DNA from: Porphyridium purpureum
Lineage: Eukaryota
Assembly (NCBI GenBank): GCA_008690995.1
Contig: VRMN01000015.1
Location: 124,001 to 188,000 of the forward strand
Direction of reading: 5' to 3'
Length of the DNA: 64,000 nucleotides
In this document: positions 20,022 to 32,100 of the stretch, piece after piece
How positions within the stretch are numbered: position 1 is the first letter of the stretch
How the letters are laid out: every line of letters starts with the position of its first letter
Translations under genes and position numbers: made by a program
The notes under the pieces: generated by a model
Seen by the model: only the letters and a program-made list of their open reading frames with translations
What the model was told of the DNA's origin: nothing
Database searches by the model: none

Positions 20022-21035
20022 ATGCAGGCGCCGAGCGCGGTATGGCTCGTCGGTGCGTTCGTTGGTGCCGCCGCCGCGCTTTGGATGAGCGTGTGGCTCG
20101 CGCGAAGAATAGCAGACTGGGTGCAGCCCGAGCATCCGCGCAATGCGTATGGCATGTTGAGCGCTCATGATTCCAGCAGCGCCGGCCGTTTAGAGACGCC
20201 CGGCGCAAGGTATCGGCGCTCAATTCGGCAAATGATGCGCGAGCAGGACGTGTACCGGCGTCCGTGGCCTGAACGTATGCTCGACGTGCCGTACCTGCTC
20301 TCACAGCGTCATGCGTGGTTCCTGGCGCACGTCGCGTCGCTGTTTGCGGTGCACGGCAACACGCGCGTGATCCTGCGCAGAATGCTCGACTTTGCAACGG
20401 CATACTATTCAGACTATGCACAGAAGCATGCCCGCTTTTTCCCACACGAGTGCGGCGATGTAATTGATGATGAGGAGCAGGACAGCATGGGCGCGGAGGC
20501 TGGAGCTTCGGCGGACGAAGCGACGCCGTCGAGTGCGGCGGCGGCGGTATCTACTGGTATGGAAGCAGAGGCTGCCTGGCCCATGCTCGAGAAAGAGTGG
20601 TACAGCGTGCGGCATGCCGGTGCCGACCCGCGGGGAATGCAGGCACTGCTTCGTTCGAAGCTTCTGGCCGCGGCCTTACGCACGCACGCCGAGCGCGACG
20701 GAGCTTCGACATCTCAACAGCGGCAAATCGCCAGCGACGCTCAAGCCATGGAGCCGCGCAGTAAGAGCTATAAGGTTTACCGCTCAAATCCATTTGACCT
20801 CGAGGCTTTGCCAGAGCGGGCACAGCCCGTCGCAACGGTACCCGAGCTCGCGCAACTCGGTATATTTGACGCGCGGGTGCGGCTGCGCCATCACATTTTC
20901 CTGCTCGCGGTGCAGCGTGAGTGTGGTCTTGCATCCCCCAGCGATGCGCTTTCGTTCATTATTGACGCGCTGAAAAGTGATCCTCGATTCCGCGAACAGT
21001 ATGCGCTGGATCCATTCAATGCGCGAATCACTTGA
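20022..21035 (+). CDS. Hypothetical protein with an N-terminal hydrophobic anchor
   Basis: ORF of 337 aa from MQAPSAVWLVGAFVGAAAALWMSVWLARR with protein-like composition. No family recognised. Confidence 0.65.
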   Translation: MQAPSAVWLVGAFVGAAAALWMSVWLARRIADWVQPEHPRNAYGMLSAHDSSSAGRLETPGARYRRSIRQMMREQDVYRRPWPERMLDVPYLLSQRHAWFLAHVASLFAVHGNTRVILRRMLDFATAYYSDYAQKHARFFPHECGDVIDDEEQDSMGAEAGASADEATPSSAAAAVSTGMEAEAAWPMLEKEWYSVRHAGADPRGMQALLRSKLLAAALRTHAERDGASTSQQRQIASDAQAMEPRSKSYKVYRSNPFDLEALPERAQPVATVPELAQLGIFDARVRLRHHIFLLAVQRECGLASPSDALSFIIDALKSDPRFREQYALDPFNARIT

Positions 21036-21762
21036 ATGGGCACCGCCCTTGACGCGTGAAGTGCTCGCCATCGAAGAATCACGATGAATCTGCAAGAGAT
21101 GAGAAGTCTCGTTTCGACGTCATAGGTAATGGAAGCGGTCCAGAAGAAAATGAAACAGAGGGCATGGAGGCGAGTCGGACAGGTTTTCATCTGGTATCGC
21201 GTCCATGAAGCAGAATCGAACATCTTCCGATACAGGTGAACAAGCCATTGGCGTGAGTTTCTAACGTGTTCGGTAGAACGCAAAAGGTAGGCAAGAGTTG
21301 ATTGAGACTCGTCCGGCCGCGGTCACCGTGCCGACCACTGCAAATCGACGACAAAAGAGGCGAGAGCTGATTGTGGTCGGCAGCATTCGATATGTCAAGT
21401 GCGTGTGAACCTTTATTTGCTCAAGTTTGTGCACGCACAATGTGTCTAAGACATCCCACCACGTTGGCAGTACTGCCTAATATTATAAACTAACCTGGAA
21501 CGGGTTCGACTACATTGCCTTAATGGCAGCTCCATTTTCTTCCTGCGCCACTTCTACATGACACGCTGCCGCGTCGTTGCGTCGCAATTATGGCTTGAAA
21601 GGGCATCCTGTTCGCTATTCTTCTTCTCGTACCCAAGTATCACCGAAGAATCACCCACAGTGACCTTTCTTTTTCTGTTCTTCTTTTCTGCATATTTACA
21701 TCTTGGGCATCTCGATTCTCCTTTGCTGAATCCTCGGCGGCGTGCCGAGGGCATGTGCGCGC

Positions 21763-23640
21763 TCACTCTGACCCGAACGACTGCTCGGCAAGATCAATGG
21801 CGCGCGCCATTGCCATCGATTTGTTGATAGTCTCTTGATACTCTGACTCGGGGTTTGAATCAGCCACGATGCCCGCACCAGCCTGTACAAAATATTTCCA
21901 CGCCTTGCCGTCTGCAGCACGCGTGATCACCATGGTGCGCAGCGCGAGAGCAATGTTCATTGAGTCCTGGAAGGACACAAACCCAATGCCGCCTCCGTAC
22001 GGCCCGCGCAGTGTCGGCTCGATCGAGTCAATAATTTGAATCGCGCGGATTTTCGGCGCTCCGGACACAGTGCCCGCCGGCAGCGTTGCGCGCAGCGCGT
22101 CCCACGAGGTCAGGCCGTCTCTTAGCTGACCCAGTACCGTGGATGAAATGTGCATGACGTGCGAGTAGCGCTCTATTTCCATGAGCGAGACAACATCCAC
22201 CGTGCCGTACTCGGACACGCGGCCAAGATCGTTGCGACCGAGGTCAACCAGCATGACATGCTCGGCAATCTCTTTGGTGTCTGCCAGCAGCTCGCTCTCT
22301 AGCGCTTCATCCTCGGCAGGCGTCTTCCCGCGCCAACGTGTGCCGGCCAGCGGTCGGTTTGTCACGGTACGATTTGACACTTTGCACAGGATCTCCGGTG
22401 ACGACGCCACAAGCACGCAGTCTTCACACTGCATGTAGATCATGTATGGCGACGGGTTGATCACACGTAGGGCACGATACACGCTGAACGGATCGACACT
22501 TGAATCGTACTCAAAACGCTGCGAGAGCACAATTTGGAACGCATCGCCGACACCAATGTGGTACAAACACTTATCAATGCCGTCCAGAAATTGCTGCTTC
22601 GTCATGTTACTCTTAAACTTACTCGCGCATCGCGCTGGACCGGACGTGTTCAGTTCTACGAAAGCCGAGCGCAGCGGAGACAAAAGGTGACGCCGCATAA
22701 CCACATCGACCGTCTGATTGAGCCTCGCCATGCCATGCTCATACGCGCTGCGCAGCCTGTGCTCGTGCCGCGCCAGATCGACCCACTCAACGATGAACAG
22801 CAGTTTCGAAAAATGATCCACAATAATCGACGAGGTATACAGGCCCATGTGCATTTCTGGCAGTTGGCGGTCATCCGGCGGCGCGGACGCAAACCCAAGC
22901 TTGCCAGCCTCGCCGTAGCGCACCGTATCGTAGCCGCCATAGCCGACCCAGCCACCGGCGAATGACTCGGGCAGCTCGTCTGCATCCGCACTCTTCAGCT
23001 CTCGCATAAAATCGGCAATAAATGTCCAGGGATCCTCATGCTCGAATCGGGTGACTGCAGATGACTCACCCGCCGCAGCGTCCCGTCGATCGGTGAGCGT
23101 GAGCTGATTCCTGCGAGCAACCACTTCCACCACGGGGTCCGCGCCAACGAATGAGTAGCGTCCCACGCTGCCGGATCCGGCCGTGACGGCCGACTCGAGC
23201 AGAAACGCGTGCTTATGCGGTTCGTCCTCTCCCACGAGGCACCGGAAAAGCTCTACGGGCGTGAGCTGGTCCGCAAAGACGCGTCGCCACACGGGCACCA
23301 ACCGAACGCCGCTCCTCGCCGCGGCGCGCGCTTCAAAAGCCTCAAACGAGACGCCCTGCTCCTTACCACTTGCCCCATGTGTCTCGGCACTGTGCTCTCC
23401 CATGGGAGAATCGCCCGAGTTGGCCGTCTGCACGCGCTCCTTGTCCGTGCTTGTCATGCACAACGCATCGCTCTTGCTGGTGCGATGCCTCGCGCGTCTT
23501 TGCATGCCGTACCCGCCCGTTGCTGACTCCACGCCGCGCCCCAGCGGCCGTGCCTTTCCATGTCCGATTCGCACACACACCATGCTGCCGGACCCACTTG
23601 TTGCGCTCAACGCGCCGAGCACTCCCACGAACGCCTCCAT
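21763..23640 (-). CDS. trpE: Anthranilate synthase component I (alpha subunit), plastid-targeted
   Basis: FLLESA, GRYSF, GDAFQIVLSQR, NPSPYM, SSPE, RPLAGT, AEHVMLVDLGRND, PAGTVSGAPK, QAGAGIVADS. MEAFVG transit-peptide-like start. Confidence 0.95.
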   Translation of the reverse strand: MEAFVGVLGALSATSGSGSMVCVRIGHGKARPLGRGVESATGGYGMQRRARHRTSKSDALCMTSTDKERVQTANSGDSPMGEHSAETHGASGKEQGVSFEAFEARAAARSGVRLVPVWRRVFADQLTPVELFRCLVGEDEPHKHAFLLESAVTAGSGSVGRYSFVGADPVVEVVARRNQLTLTDRRDAAAGESSAVTRFEHEDPWTFIADFMRELKSADADELPESFAGGWVGYGGYDTVRYGEAGKLGFASAPPDDRQLPEMHMGLYTSSIIVDHFSKLLFIVEWVDLARHEHRLRSAYEHGMARLNQTVDVVMRRHLLSPLRSAFVELNTSGPARCASKFKSNMTKQQFLDGIDKCLYHIGVGDAFQIVLSQRFEYDSSVDPFSVYRALRVINPSPYMIYMQCEDCVLVASSPEILCKVSNRTVTNRPLAGTRWRGKTPAEDEALESELLADTKEIAEHVMLVDLGRNDLGRVSEYGTVDVVSLMEIERYSHVMHISSTVLGQLRDGLTSWDALRATLPAGTVSGAPKIRAIQIIDSIEPTLRGPYGGGIGFVSFQDSMNIALALRTMVITRAADGKAWKYFVQAGAGIVADSNPESEYQETINKSMAMARAIDLAEQSFGSE

Positions 23641-24509
23641 CTCGGCCGCAAACCCCACCACGCGCCGACCCCCGCCGGACGCCCCGCACCACGCAACGCC
23701 GCACGCACGCTCGCACGAAGGCAGCCACACAGCCTGCCCACACCAGCGCCAGACGCAACGAAGGATATCGCGCCGTCCCCTTCTCACTCCCCGCTCAACA
23801 CCACCGTCCCGCTCCCCACCCACCCGCCCCCCGCACGCCGACGCACACAGTTAAAAAAGTACACCCGCGCGCCGTTAAATTAACATTCGTAATGCGCCAT
23901 CTCATTGCAATCTGTCATTCCACGTTCCTTCCACGCACAAAACTCCATCCACCAGCACCAGGCGCCGCAGCCACCGGTACAGCGAAAGTACAGCGTGGGG
24001 ACGGGGGATAGTGTACAGTGCGGTGCTGTACTTTCTGGGATTACAAGTTACAGCGGAGTGTGTTGTGCGCCCGCGCGACTGGCGGTCAGGGAATGGTGGT
24101 GCAAGTGGCGGGTGTGGGAGAGAAAAGGAAGAGAGAGAAAGGGAGAGAGAGTGAGAGTAAGGAAGGACGAGTGGCTGTGGATGTGGCGGATGAGACGATA
24201 GGAGTCTGGCTTGCGCGTGAGTGGATTGCCAAGTGGGAGCACGGTGTGCGCGGCATAGTTCGGTTTGCGTGTTTGTCTCTGCGTGTGTGTGTGGTTTTTG
24301 AGAGGGAACAAGACGACGGACTGAGCGGTCTCGAGGATTGTGGTGCCGCTAGGTGGGGTTGAAGCAGTCGGTAGTTCGTGTGCGACGAGTGAGTGGAGGG
24401 TGTTGGTGTTGGTGTTGCCGCGCATGGATAGGTGAGGTGCGAAACGCAGCGAGTGTGATTCGTGGTGAGGACGGGGGGAACGGTTGTGTAGGTGGAGAGT
24501 GGTGCGAAG

Positions 24510-24914
24510 ATGGCGCAACACGCGGGGAGAGTGGTGGGCCGTGCCGGTCAGCAGTGGATGCGGCGTGCGGCGTTTGAGTTGACAGACACCGCTGCGCAAC
24601 GGTTGCGTAATCTGATAGCCCAGAAGGAGCCGCCGCCACTGGGCGTGCGCGTGTCGCTGCGCAACCGCGGATGTAATGGTATGTCCTACACGCTCAAGTA
24701 CGTGTCGGAATCACCTGAGGACTTGCAAAAGGTCAAGCTGGACGAGCGTGTCAGCGATAAGGGCGTCACCATTTTTATTGACCCGCGCGCACTGCTCAAT
24801 GTCGCCGGTACTGAAATGGATTTTGTTGATACTGAGCTGGCGTCCGAGTTTGTCTTTCGGAACCCGAACGTCAAGGGCACGTGTGGGTGCGGCGAAAGTT
24901 TTAGTGTCAAATAA
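24510..24914 (+). CDS. ISCA1: A-type iron-sulfur cluster assembly protein (IscA/ISA1), likely mitochondrial
   Basis: RGCNGMSYTL and FRNPNVKGTCGCGESF. Confidence 0.93.
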   Translation: MAQHAGRVVGRAGQQWMRRAAFELTDTAAQRLRNLIAQKEPPPLGVRVSLRNRGCNGMSYTLKYVSESPEDLQKVKLDERVSDKGVTIFIDPRALLNVAGTEMDFVDTELASEFVFRNPNVKGTCGCGESFSVK

Positions 24915-25393
24915 TTGAGCTGTCGAGCCTTTTCAATGTACAGAGTAGAAGACGGGAACATGACCCGTCGTGCCAGTAAATTCGCCATCGGCCTCGAGGG
25001 CAAATAGATTGCTTGCTCGGAGACGTCCAACGATGTTGAAACACCGCGAATGGACAGGCAATCTAGTCAGCGTGAGCGTCGACCTTGCAGAGCCGTGGTG
25101 ATGAAGTAAAGGTCTCAAGTTTCGTTTTTTGTTAGCAATCTAGCCATCGGCATTACGTCTACTAAAGTCGGCATGCCGGCACAACTAGGACACATTCACG
25201 CATTCGCAGAAACGCACACATGGACAGCGATCGACAGAGCGCCGCAGAGCAGCGTTCAAGCCGTGTCCGAACGAGCAGTCCGACATGCAATGATATGCGC
25301 AAAAGTACTCCAGCCAGCTTAAATATGTTGGAACAACAGGGGAAGACGCCACGCGCAGCCTCCTTCCTGTGCGAAAGTCTCGGCCTCCTTTCG

Positions 25394-26800
25394 TTATAAT
25401 GCGCCGCCGCCATACTTATTTGAAAAGCGACCCGGGATGAACGTGTGGTACTTCTCAAAGTTTGACTTGGCAATGGCCAGCTTGGCCTTTTCCATCCGAC
25501 CACGACCCGCAATTCGCTCAAACCACACCGCGTCCTCGCCGCTGCGCATCCAACGCAACAAGAAGCTGATGTACATACCGCTCTTCACATTGTCTCCTCG
25601 CGCAATACACGACCGCACAATTTCGTCACCCTCCTCAATATCCTCCGCGCTCATGTGGAACCGAATCGCGTCGGCTACCTCGGTCTCTGCCACGCGAATA
25701 AGCGACCGCATGCACATGATCAGCTCGCCAATGGGCACTTGTAGCTCATCAAGCACGTTGTCTCGGTTTGGGTCCAGGAACGCGGCCTTGAACGCTTCAA
25801 CTTCATCAAACGCGCTCATTACCTCTGCGCGAACTTCCTCCAACGATGCCGCAAGCTCGATTGCGCTGCCACCCAGCCACTCCTTGGCAATTGCCGAGAT
25901 CAGGATACACAGCGCCTGCTCTGTGAGAGCGCGCGTGATCTTGAGCCACTGGTACAGCAGCTTCACATCACGGTCTGAAAGCAGGCTGGGCGATATGATC
26001 ATATGGCCGATAATGCTTTCCAAGTCAGCCATTTCCATGCGCATCGCGTTTGTGTGGACGGCGACCACGTCGCGATACCACTTGGTTCCGCCCGTGCGCG
26101 TGAGCTGCACCGAACTGCAGAACTTTGAGTTTCCGCGAGACAAGCCATTAGGCGTTTTTGGGCTCGGCGTGCTAGCGCTGTTGTTGCTGCCCGAACGCGT
26201 AAAGCCAGAATCCGGGAAACTGTCCGACAAATCGCCATACTTTTCGCTGGACGGCGGGCCTGCACTGCTGACCGGTGAAATGAAGTAATCCTGCGTCGGG
26301 TTCTTACTCGTGCGCGCGCTGCTCGGTGTCGAAGAAACTGGCAGTTTGTTCATCAGCGCTGGCTTGGAGCCACTTGTTCGAGAGCGAACAAATAGTGGAT
26401 TTCGCGGAGACTTGTGATCACCCGACGCGCCGCGCGGCGATTCAATGGTCTCGACCTGAAATACGTGCGACAGAGATGACTTTCCGCGCAGACCAAGGAT
26501 TGATACTCCGCCGGTACTCTTCTTCTTCGAGTTTGCTCGTACCGAATCAACATTGCTCATCGAACGCTGCGCAATATTGCCGGGCACAGGCGACGTCAAG
26601 TCAGACATGTTCGCGCGGGCGCGAAAATCGTACGGCGATGGGCGGCCAGTCTCGTTCGAAAACGCGCGGTTCTCGCGCAACTTGGAGCGCCCACCGCGCG
26701 TGAAGAGCACCGACTGCGGGCCATTGTCTGTGTCAAACTCAAGGTCCCCCCACTCTGTTTCGAGGGTAAGATCGTCTGCGTCTGCAAATGGCTCCTTCAT
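25394..26800 (-). CDS. Hypothetical protein with a Ser-rich disordered N-half and a helical C-domain (possibly degenerate hemerythrin-like)
   Basis: ORF of 468 aa from MKEPF. The C-domain begins WYRDVVAVHTNAMRMEMADLE. The fold assignment is tentative. Confidence 0.65.
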   Translation of the reverse strand: MKEPFADADDLTLETEWGDLEFDTDNGPQSVLFTRGGRSKLRENRAFSNETGRPSPYDFRARANMSDLTSPVPGNIAQRSMSNVDSVRANSKKKSTGGVSILGLRGKSSLSHVFQVETIESPRGASGDHKSPRNPLFVRSRTSGSKPALMNKLPVSSTPSSARTSKNPTQDYFISPVSSAGPPSSEKYGDLSDSFPDSGFTRSGSNNSASTPSPKTPNGLSRGNSKFCSSVQLTRTGGTKWYRDVVAVHTNAMRMEMADLESIIGHMIISPSLLSDRDVKLLYQWLKITRALTEQALCILISAIAKEWLGGSAIELAASLEEVRAEVMSAFDEVEAFKAAFLDPNRDNVLDELQVPIGELIMCMRSLIRVAETEVADAIRFHMSAEDIEEGDEIVRSCIARGDNVKSGMYISFLLRWMRSGEDAVWFERIAGRGRMEKAKLAIAKSNFEKYHTFIPGRFSNKYGGGAL

Positions 26801-28275
26801 CGCGCGGGTCCTGTGCTTCTTTCTCACCCAAACGCTGCTGCGATTCTTGCCTTGGACCGGTTCGAGATGGTTGCTGTTCTGCCTCTGCCTTCGCTTCCAA
26901 GCTCGAGCCACGCGAGTACACGCGCACACACTTTTATGCCTAGTTCTGCGCCGATTCAGGCGTTGCACCGAGGGAAGACTTCGCGGCTCGCACCCGGAGC
27001 TTTCGTGTGCGCAAGCAGTGGAGCGGTACCAACCTGCACCTCACCATGATTCAGATGTGTGCGCACCACCTCTTCTTTATAAAGTCAGAGTCCGTCAGCT
27101 GGCGCAGCGACGTTGCGTCCGGATTTGCTTGATTTAGAATTCGGTGGTACTACATCAATTCGACGCCCGATGTGTCGAAAATACAACCTGCGTGCTGTCG
27201 AATTCGGCCACTTGCACACACAGCTGGATATCTGACTCGAGCTGCCCACGAAGCGGAGGACAAGGCAACCGCACAAACGCCACAAGCCTGGGTGACCTTT
27301 TCCCACGCCCGGCTCGCTGCCAATGCCACCTAAGCGCGCAACCCTCCATGCAAAAAGCACGCGACCGGCGCGCTTTTTTCTGCGCCCGTTGTTTGTGCCC
27401 GCCTTCATCGCATACGTGATGGGGTTTCCCCTTTCCCCCCCTTCGGAGATCCTCACACGCACACGCACGCACGCGCACATGCGCGCCCGGACTCCGGTCA
27501 CATGACCTTTCCTACTCAAACAGCTCTGTTTTCGCAGGGGGCGTTTGAATTCGAAACTGCGGCTCTTTCCCAGTGACCGAGCGCAAGTGCACGATCACAT
27601 ATTAAAACACACCGATTTTATCATTTTCGGGTGGGGTGGGGCGTTTTAAGGTGGATGACGATGAGGTTGACACCAAGAAAGAGAAGGAAGTTGGATTTTA
27701 GGAGGAATAAAGCAGGGGGGGTTTTCTTAGTTGTGAGGGGTTTTTCCATGGTTTCGGGGGAAAGATCAACAGCAGCACGTGCTGCTGAGGACGCGAAGAG
27801 CAGGAGAAAGTTCAGAAGCCTGCATCGCGCACACCTCTTGATTTCGCACGACCATTGCACGCATCCCGTATTCCAGACGTGAGTCGCCAGGCACAGCCGC
27901 AGCTGCCAAGTGCGATGTGTACTGCATTCCACTCGGCATTTCCCGCGTGACCACGAAGTGTACTTCCCGCGATGAATTGACTGTACTTCTACACGTCGCT
28001 GTACTTCGGCCGTGCCCCCCTTGTGCTCACGGGAGGTACAGTTTGTGGTCCAGAACCCTCGATCTAACCGCGCAGGGGAGAGCACAGAACGGAGAACCCT
28101 CGATGTGACTGGATTCGGGTGGGGTGTTGCTGGATGTGTCGAGAGCGGAAGAGAGAGAGAAGGGAGGAGACTTGCTTGGCTTGGTGCTGGTGGAAAGTGC
28201 GCGGGGGGTCTGGGTTGGAAGGGGGGCCGAGACAGCAGGGAATTCTCGGGCACGGCAGGGACTGGGCTGGGCGGC

Positions 28276-31200
28276 ATGTCGTCGTCGCGAGTGATGCGTG
28301 CGCTGGCGCACGCGCTGCTTCGCGCCGGCCGAACGCTCGACGGCTCGCCGCACGCAAAGGTTTTGCTCACACGGCCCGAGAGTTTGCCGCGCGCGCTGCG
28401 CCACGAGATGCGGCACGCGCGGAAGACAGCGGCGAAGCAGCTGCAGCTGCAGCAGCGTGATAGTGGCCCCGGCGCGGCGGAGGTATCCACGCAGCAGGGA
28501 CACTCCGAGCTCATGATCAGTCTGCGCGCGGCGGAGCAGGAGCTCGCACACAGCGCGGCGCGCATTCTGGCATTGCACTCGCAAAAGACAAAGGCAAGAT
28601 ATGTATTTGATTTCTTCCTGGCGCAGCTCTTGCGCGGCGGGTTTTACTACCGGCCGAGCGTCACCGCAGGCGCTGGTGCCACAGTGACGGCGATGGTCAA
28701 GGACGCGTTCCGCGGCAGGGGACCCGTGCGGCAAATGCAGCTGTTGTGCGGAATCTCAGACGATCAGATGATCGAGCCCGGTCTGCGGCTGCTGCGAAGA
28801 CTGGATGACATCACAAAGGCGTCGAACGTCTTGGCCGAGGCGGGGCTCTACGTGAGTCATAGTGGCAGCGCACAATCTTGCAAACATGAACAGGTGACGG
28901 CAAGCTCGAGGCAGGACCCGCAACGGAGTAACTCAAGTATAGCGCCCGAGGAGCAGGAACCGCACAACAGATTGGAGAATCAAATTGTAGAGCAGCAGCA
29001 GCAGTACCAGAACGGAAGTGTTCTCGAGCGTGGACATCTTCTCGTCGCACATCCCATGTTGGATGGCCCGCACGGCCGCTCGATCGTGTGGTTAACTAAC
29101 TTTGTCGCATCTGACGGTGCATTTGGTCTTGTGATCAATTCACGACCGGTAGGATACGTCCTTATTTCTGACGTTTTGCGTGCGAGTCAGATGGACAGCA
29201 AGCTGCCGATGTACCGCGCCGATTCAATGGCGCACACAGACCTGAACGCACGTGAAGTGCTCGACGTGTCATGGGGCGGCCCCGTGGACGACAATGGGAT
29301 ATCTCAGTTGGGGTTCCGTAACTTTGCGGATGAACAGGGCACTGGCGCAGCGCCGAGCGGCAGTAGTCAAACCACGGTCGACCACCGGAAACACAGCAAT
29401 GATTCGTCGCATTCACGGACCTGGCAGGTTCTTCGGCCGGACACGATGGAACTCTCACTGAAAACCCAAATCACACTGGTGCACGACCGGGCAGACTTAC
29501 CCGGAGCGGTACCGATCGGGAATGGTATGTTTGCCGGTTGTTCGGACGTTCGGCTTCTAGCCGAACGTGTGACATCTGGAGCTCTGCAACCGGGCTCAAA
29601 TCTCTTTGCGTTTGTAGGATATTCATGTTGGTACCCGGGCCAGCTCGAACGGGAAGTTAGTGAGAACACTTGGATTCTCGCACGATCGGGCGAACCTGGC
29701 TCTAGTGCCAGTAACCACAGCCAAAGCTTATTTGCGTCGCTGGTTGCACGGCAAGGCGAGGCAGGATGGGCAAAGGCGTCGTCTCAAAGCAGTAAGACGG
29801 CACCCTCTGCACATTCTTCGGCATTACCAGACGTCGCCTCGGACACCCATGTGCAAGAGGCGGAAGACTCCCAAGCACCACATGAGTCCTCACGTGGTTC
29901 TGAAAGCAGCCCGTCTGCGTGGACATCGGTTTCCCCAGTCGACCATGAAGCACTGGATCGCGTGGATCTTGCGACCGCAGCGGTGAGGAAGCGAATGAAG
30001 AGTCAAATCATGAAGGACGAGCTGCAAAAGGTTCAACGTCTAGAGCATGATTGGTTCTCTGGCTCGGCTGCCCCCTCAGAAACCCAAGGGATTTCCGAGC
30101 AAGATTCCGGGACACAACCACGGCCAGACGGATTGCCGCAGTCGCCCGATGATGCATTGAAAAAGGATAGGAGGCAATCGAGTCATCATGCGCACAACCA
30201 AGCTCCTAGTGGTGTCGGCAGCAGTCTCGTGCATAATCAGCTCAGCAACAGTCAGCGCGATACACCGCAAAATTTGCGCGAAGTGTCGGAGCCATCCTCA
30301 TTGACAACATCAAAGGACCAAAAGACAACTAACTTGGCGGGGCAGAGCGAACGCGCGCTCGAAAACTTGAAGGAAGGTGCTGCCGTGGCACCAGATTGGC
30401 CCGTAGAAGCACAAATTAGGTGGACAAAAACGCACCGCTTCCCCGTCTTGCGCCAAATTGCGTGGTATCGGCGCGGCTTGGAAGTCGGAATGCGTCACGC
30501 GGTGGCATCTGAGTCTGATTTGGAGTTCGACGAGCAGCACCGATCGACAACCGCACGAAGTAATGCGGGACGGGCGTCTTCGCAATCGACGCGTGAGTCC
30601 AGTGTTCCAGTAGGGGGCACTGAGGCAAATGGGAAGCCTGGCAAGGCGCAATCACTCCAGCCGACAGCGTTTGACGACGAGGAGAGATCCACTTCAAGTG
30701 GAAAGGAGGAGATGGGGTCTTCCGCGGGGCCTGATTGGCAGGGCGCCGGATCGGATGTGGCGGATGTAGCTTTGGTGACGCAGCCCGTTGGGGCAGATTC
30801 TCATGAACTGAGCGAAAAGCAAGGCCACAGTGAAGGTAGCTCTAAAGATCACAGTGGGTACGAGCGAACCGAACTGTTTGGGTTGGCGTGGAACAGCCTA
30901 AGTCCGGCGGAGACTGAAGTGGTCGAGCACGCATCTGCATCGAGCGATCCGTTCTCTGTTCCGTCGTCGGACTTGTCGCCCGTACTTCACTACCTGCGTA
31001 ACACGGGCATGCTGCGTACACGAGTGCCTTTGGAGCCGAGCGAGATGCCCGGGAAAGTGTCACTTAGCGAAGATGGGCGCGAGTGGGTCGTGATGCGAAA
31101 GCTGTTGTACTCTGAGCGAGACACAGCGTATGCCGCGTCGCATGGCAGTGAGCATCCGCACGGCTTTGCACATGCAAGCGGAGACGAGGATACGGAAGAC

Positions 31201-31734
31201 GACGATCTAATGTCGTCAGCGGGTGAAGGCGAGTCAGACGACGACCACGACATGTACGAGACGGGTGACGATCACGTCCTGGATCGTGCGTTGCGAGGCA
31301 GAACTTCAGACGAAGAATCTGATGAATGCAGTGACGGCATTGAGGATGGTGAGGACGATGTGTCGGACGAGGACCAGGATGGCAACTACATCCCGAGTCG
31401 TTCGAGCAGCAGTGCGCATCATCATGTGACCAGCTCGTCGTCGTCGGAGCACGGACGCAGTCGAATCTACGACTACAACGGCGTGCGGGTGTTCAGCTTT
31501 GGCGAGACGCCGGACGGCCGCACAATCTCCATAGCGCGTTTCCCGACGGGCAGCAACCAGAGCGACGGCTCGGACGCGGAGCACGACGACGAGGACGACG
31601 AGGACGACGGCTACCACAACATCGAAGACCGTGCGGACGGCCGAGTATGGAGCGACGTGCTCCGAGCGCTCGGCGGCGAGTACACTGCATTTGCGTCGGT
31701 TCCAGTCATCATCGCCAGAAAGGTCGACGAGTAG
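28276..31734 (+). CDS. Large protein containing an AlgH/YqgE (DUF179)-like domain
   Basis: GHLLVAHPML...RSIVWL...GAFGLVIN, WGGPV, FVGYSCWYPGQLEREV...W, and C-terminal VWSDVLRALGGEY. Confidence 0.8.
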   Translation: MSSSRVMRALAHALLRAGRTLDGSPHAKVLLTRPESLPRALRHEMRHARKTAAKQLQLQQRDSGPGAAEVSTQQGHSELMISLRAAEQELAHSAARILALHSQKTKARYVFDFFLAQLLRGGFYYRPSVTAGAGATVTAMVKDAFRGRGPVRQMQLLCGISDDQMIEPGLRLLRRLDDITKASNVLAEAGLYVSHSGSAQSCKHEQVTASSRQDPQRSNSSIAPEEQEPHNRLENQIVEQQQQYQNGSVLERGHLLVAHPMLDGPHGRSIVWLTNFVASDGAFGLVINSRPVGYVLISDVLRASQMDSKLPMYRADSMAHTDLNAREVLDVSWGGPVDDNGISQLGFRNFADEQGTGAAPSGSSQTTVDHRKHSNDSSHSRTWQVLRPDTMELSLKTQITLVHDRADLPGAVPIGNGMFAGCSDVRLLAERVTSGALQPGSNLFAFVGYSCWYPGQLEREVSENTWILARSGEPGSSASNHSQSLFASLVARQGEAGWAKASSQSSKTAPSAHSSALPDVASDTHVQEAEDSQAPHESSRGSESSPSAWTSVSPVDHEALDRVDLATAAVRKRMKSQIMKDELQKVQRLEHDWFSGSAAPSETQGISEQDSGTQPRPDGLPQSPDDALKKDRRQSSHHAHNQAPSGVGSSLVHNQLSNSQRDTPQNLREVSEPSSLTTSKDQKTTNLAGQSERALENLKEGAAVAPDWPVEAQIRWTKTHRFPVLRQIAWYRRGLEVGMRHAVASESDLEFDEQHRSTTARSNAGRASSQSTRESSVPVGGTEANGKPGKAQSLQPTAFDDEERSTSSGKEEMGSSAGPDWQGAGSDVADVALVTQPVGADSHELSEKQGHSEGSSKDHSGYERTELFGLAWNSLSPAETEVVEHASASSDPFSVPSSDLSPVLHYLRNTGMLRTRVPLEPSEMPGKVSLSEDGREWVVMRKLLYSERDTAYAASHGSEHPHGFAHASGDEDTEDDDLMSSAGEGESDDDHDMYETGDDHVLDRALRGRTSDEESDECSDGIEDGEDDVSDEDQDGNYIPSRSSSSAHHHVTSSSSSEHGRSRIYDYNGVRVFSFGETPDGRTISIARFPTGSNQSDGSDAEHDDEDDEDDGYHNIEDRADGRVWSDVLRALGGEYTAFASVPVIIARKVDE

Positions 31735-32100
31735 ACTGGCGCATGCGCGTCTGCGAACGCGCAGCGGCACTCGCACGCACGCGCACACGTGCTGCGTTTC
31801 AACGCGCAGCCGCTCCTCTAGTAAAACACGTGTGTTTTATCATTATCTAACTGTACCTCTAGCGATGCTGCTGGCTGTTCTTTGCGTGCGTGCGTGCGTG
31901 CGCGCAGTGACAGACAGGAACGACCCCGCTTGGCGAACAACTGGTGGCGGCGGGAACGGGGCGGGCACGCCGTACCGAACGCACGGAAACACGGCGAGGA
32001 CGGCCACCGCCGATCCGGGCCCGACGCGCGCGTGAGAAAGAGAGAGGCGGGGAGTCGCCGCGGAGCTTGAGAGCGCGCCGCGGGGGATCACGCGCTCAAC

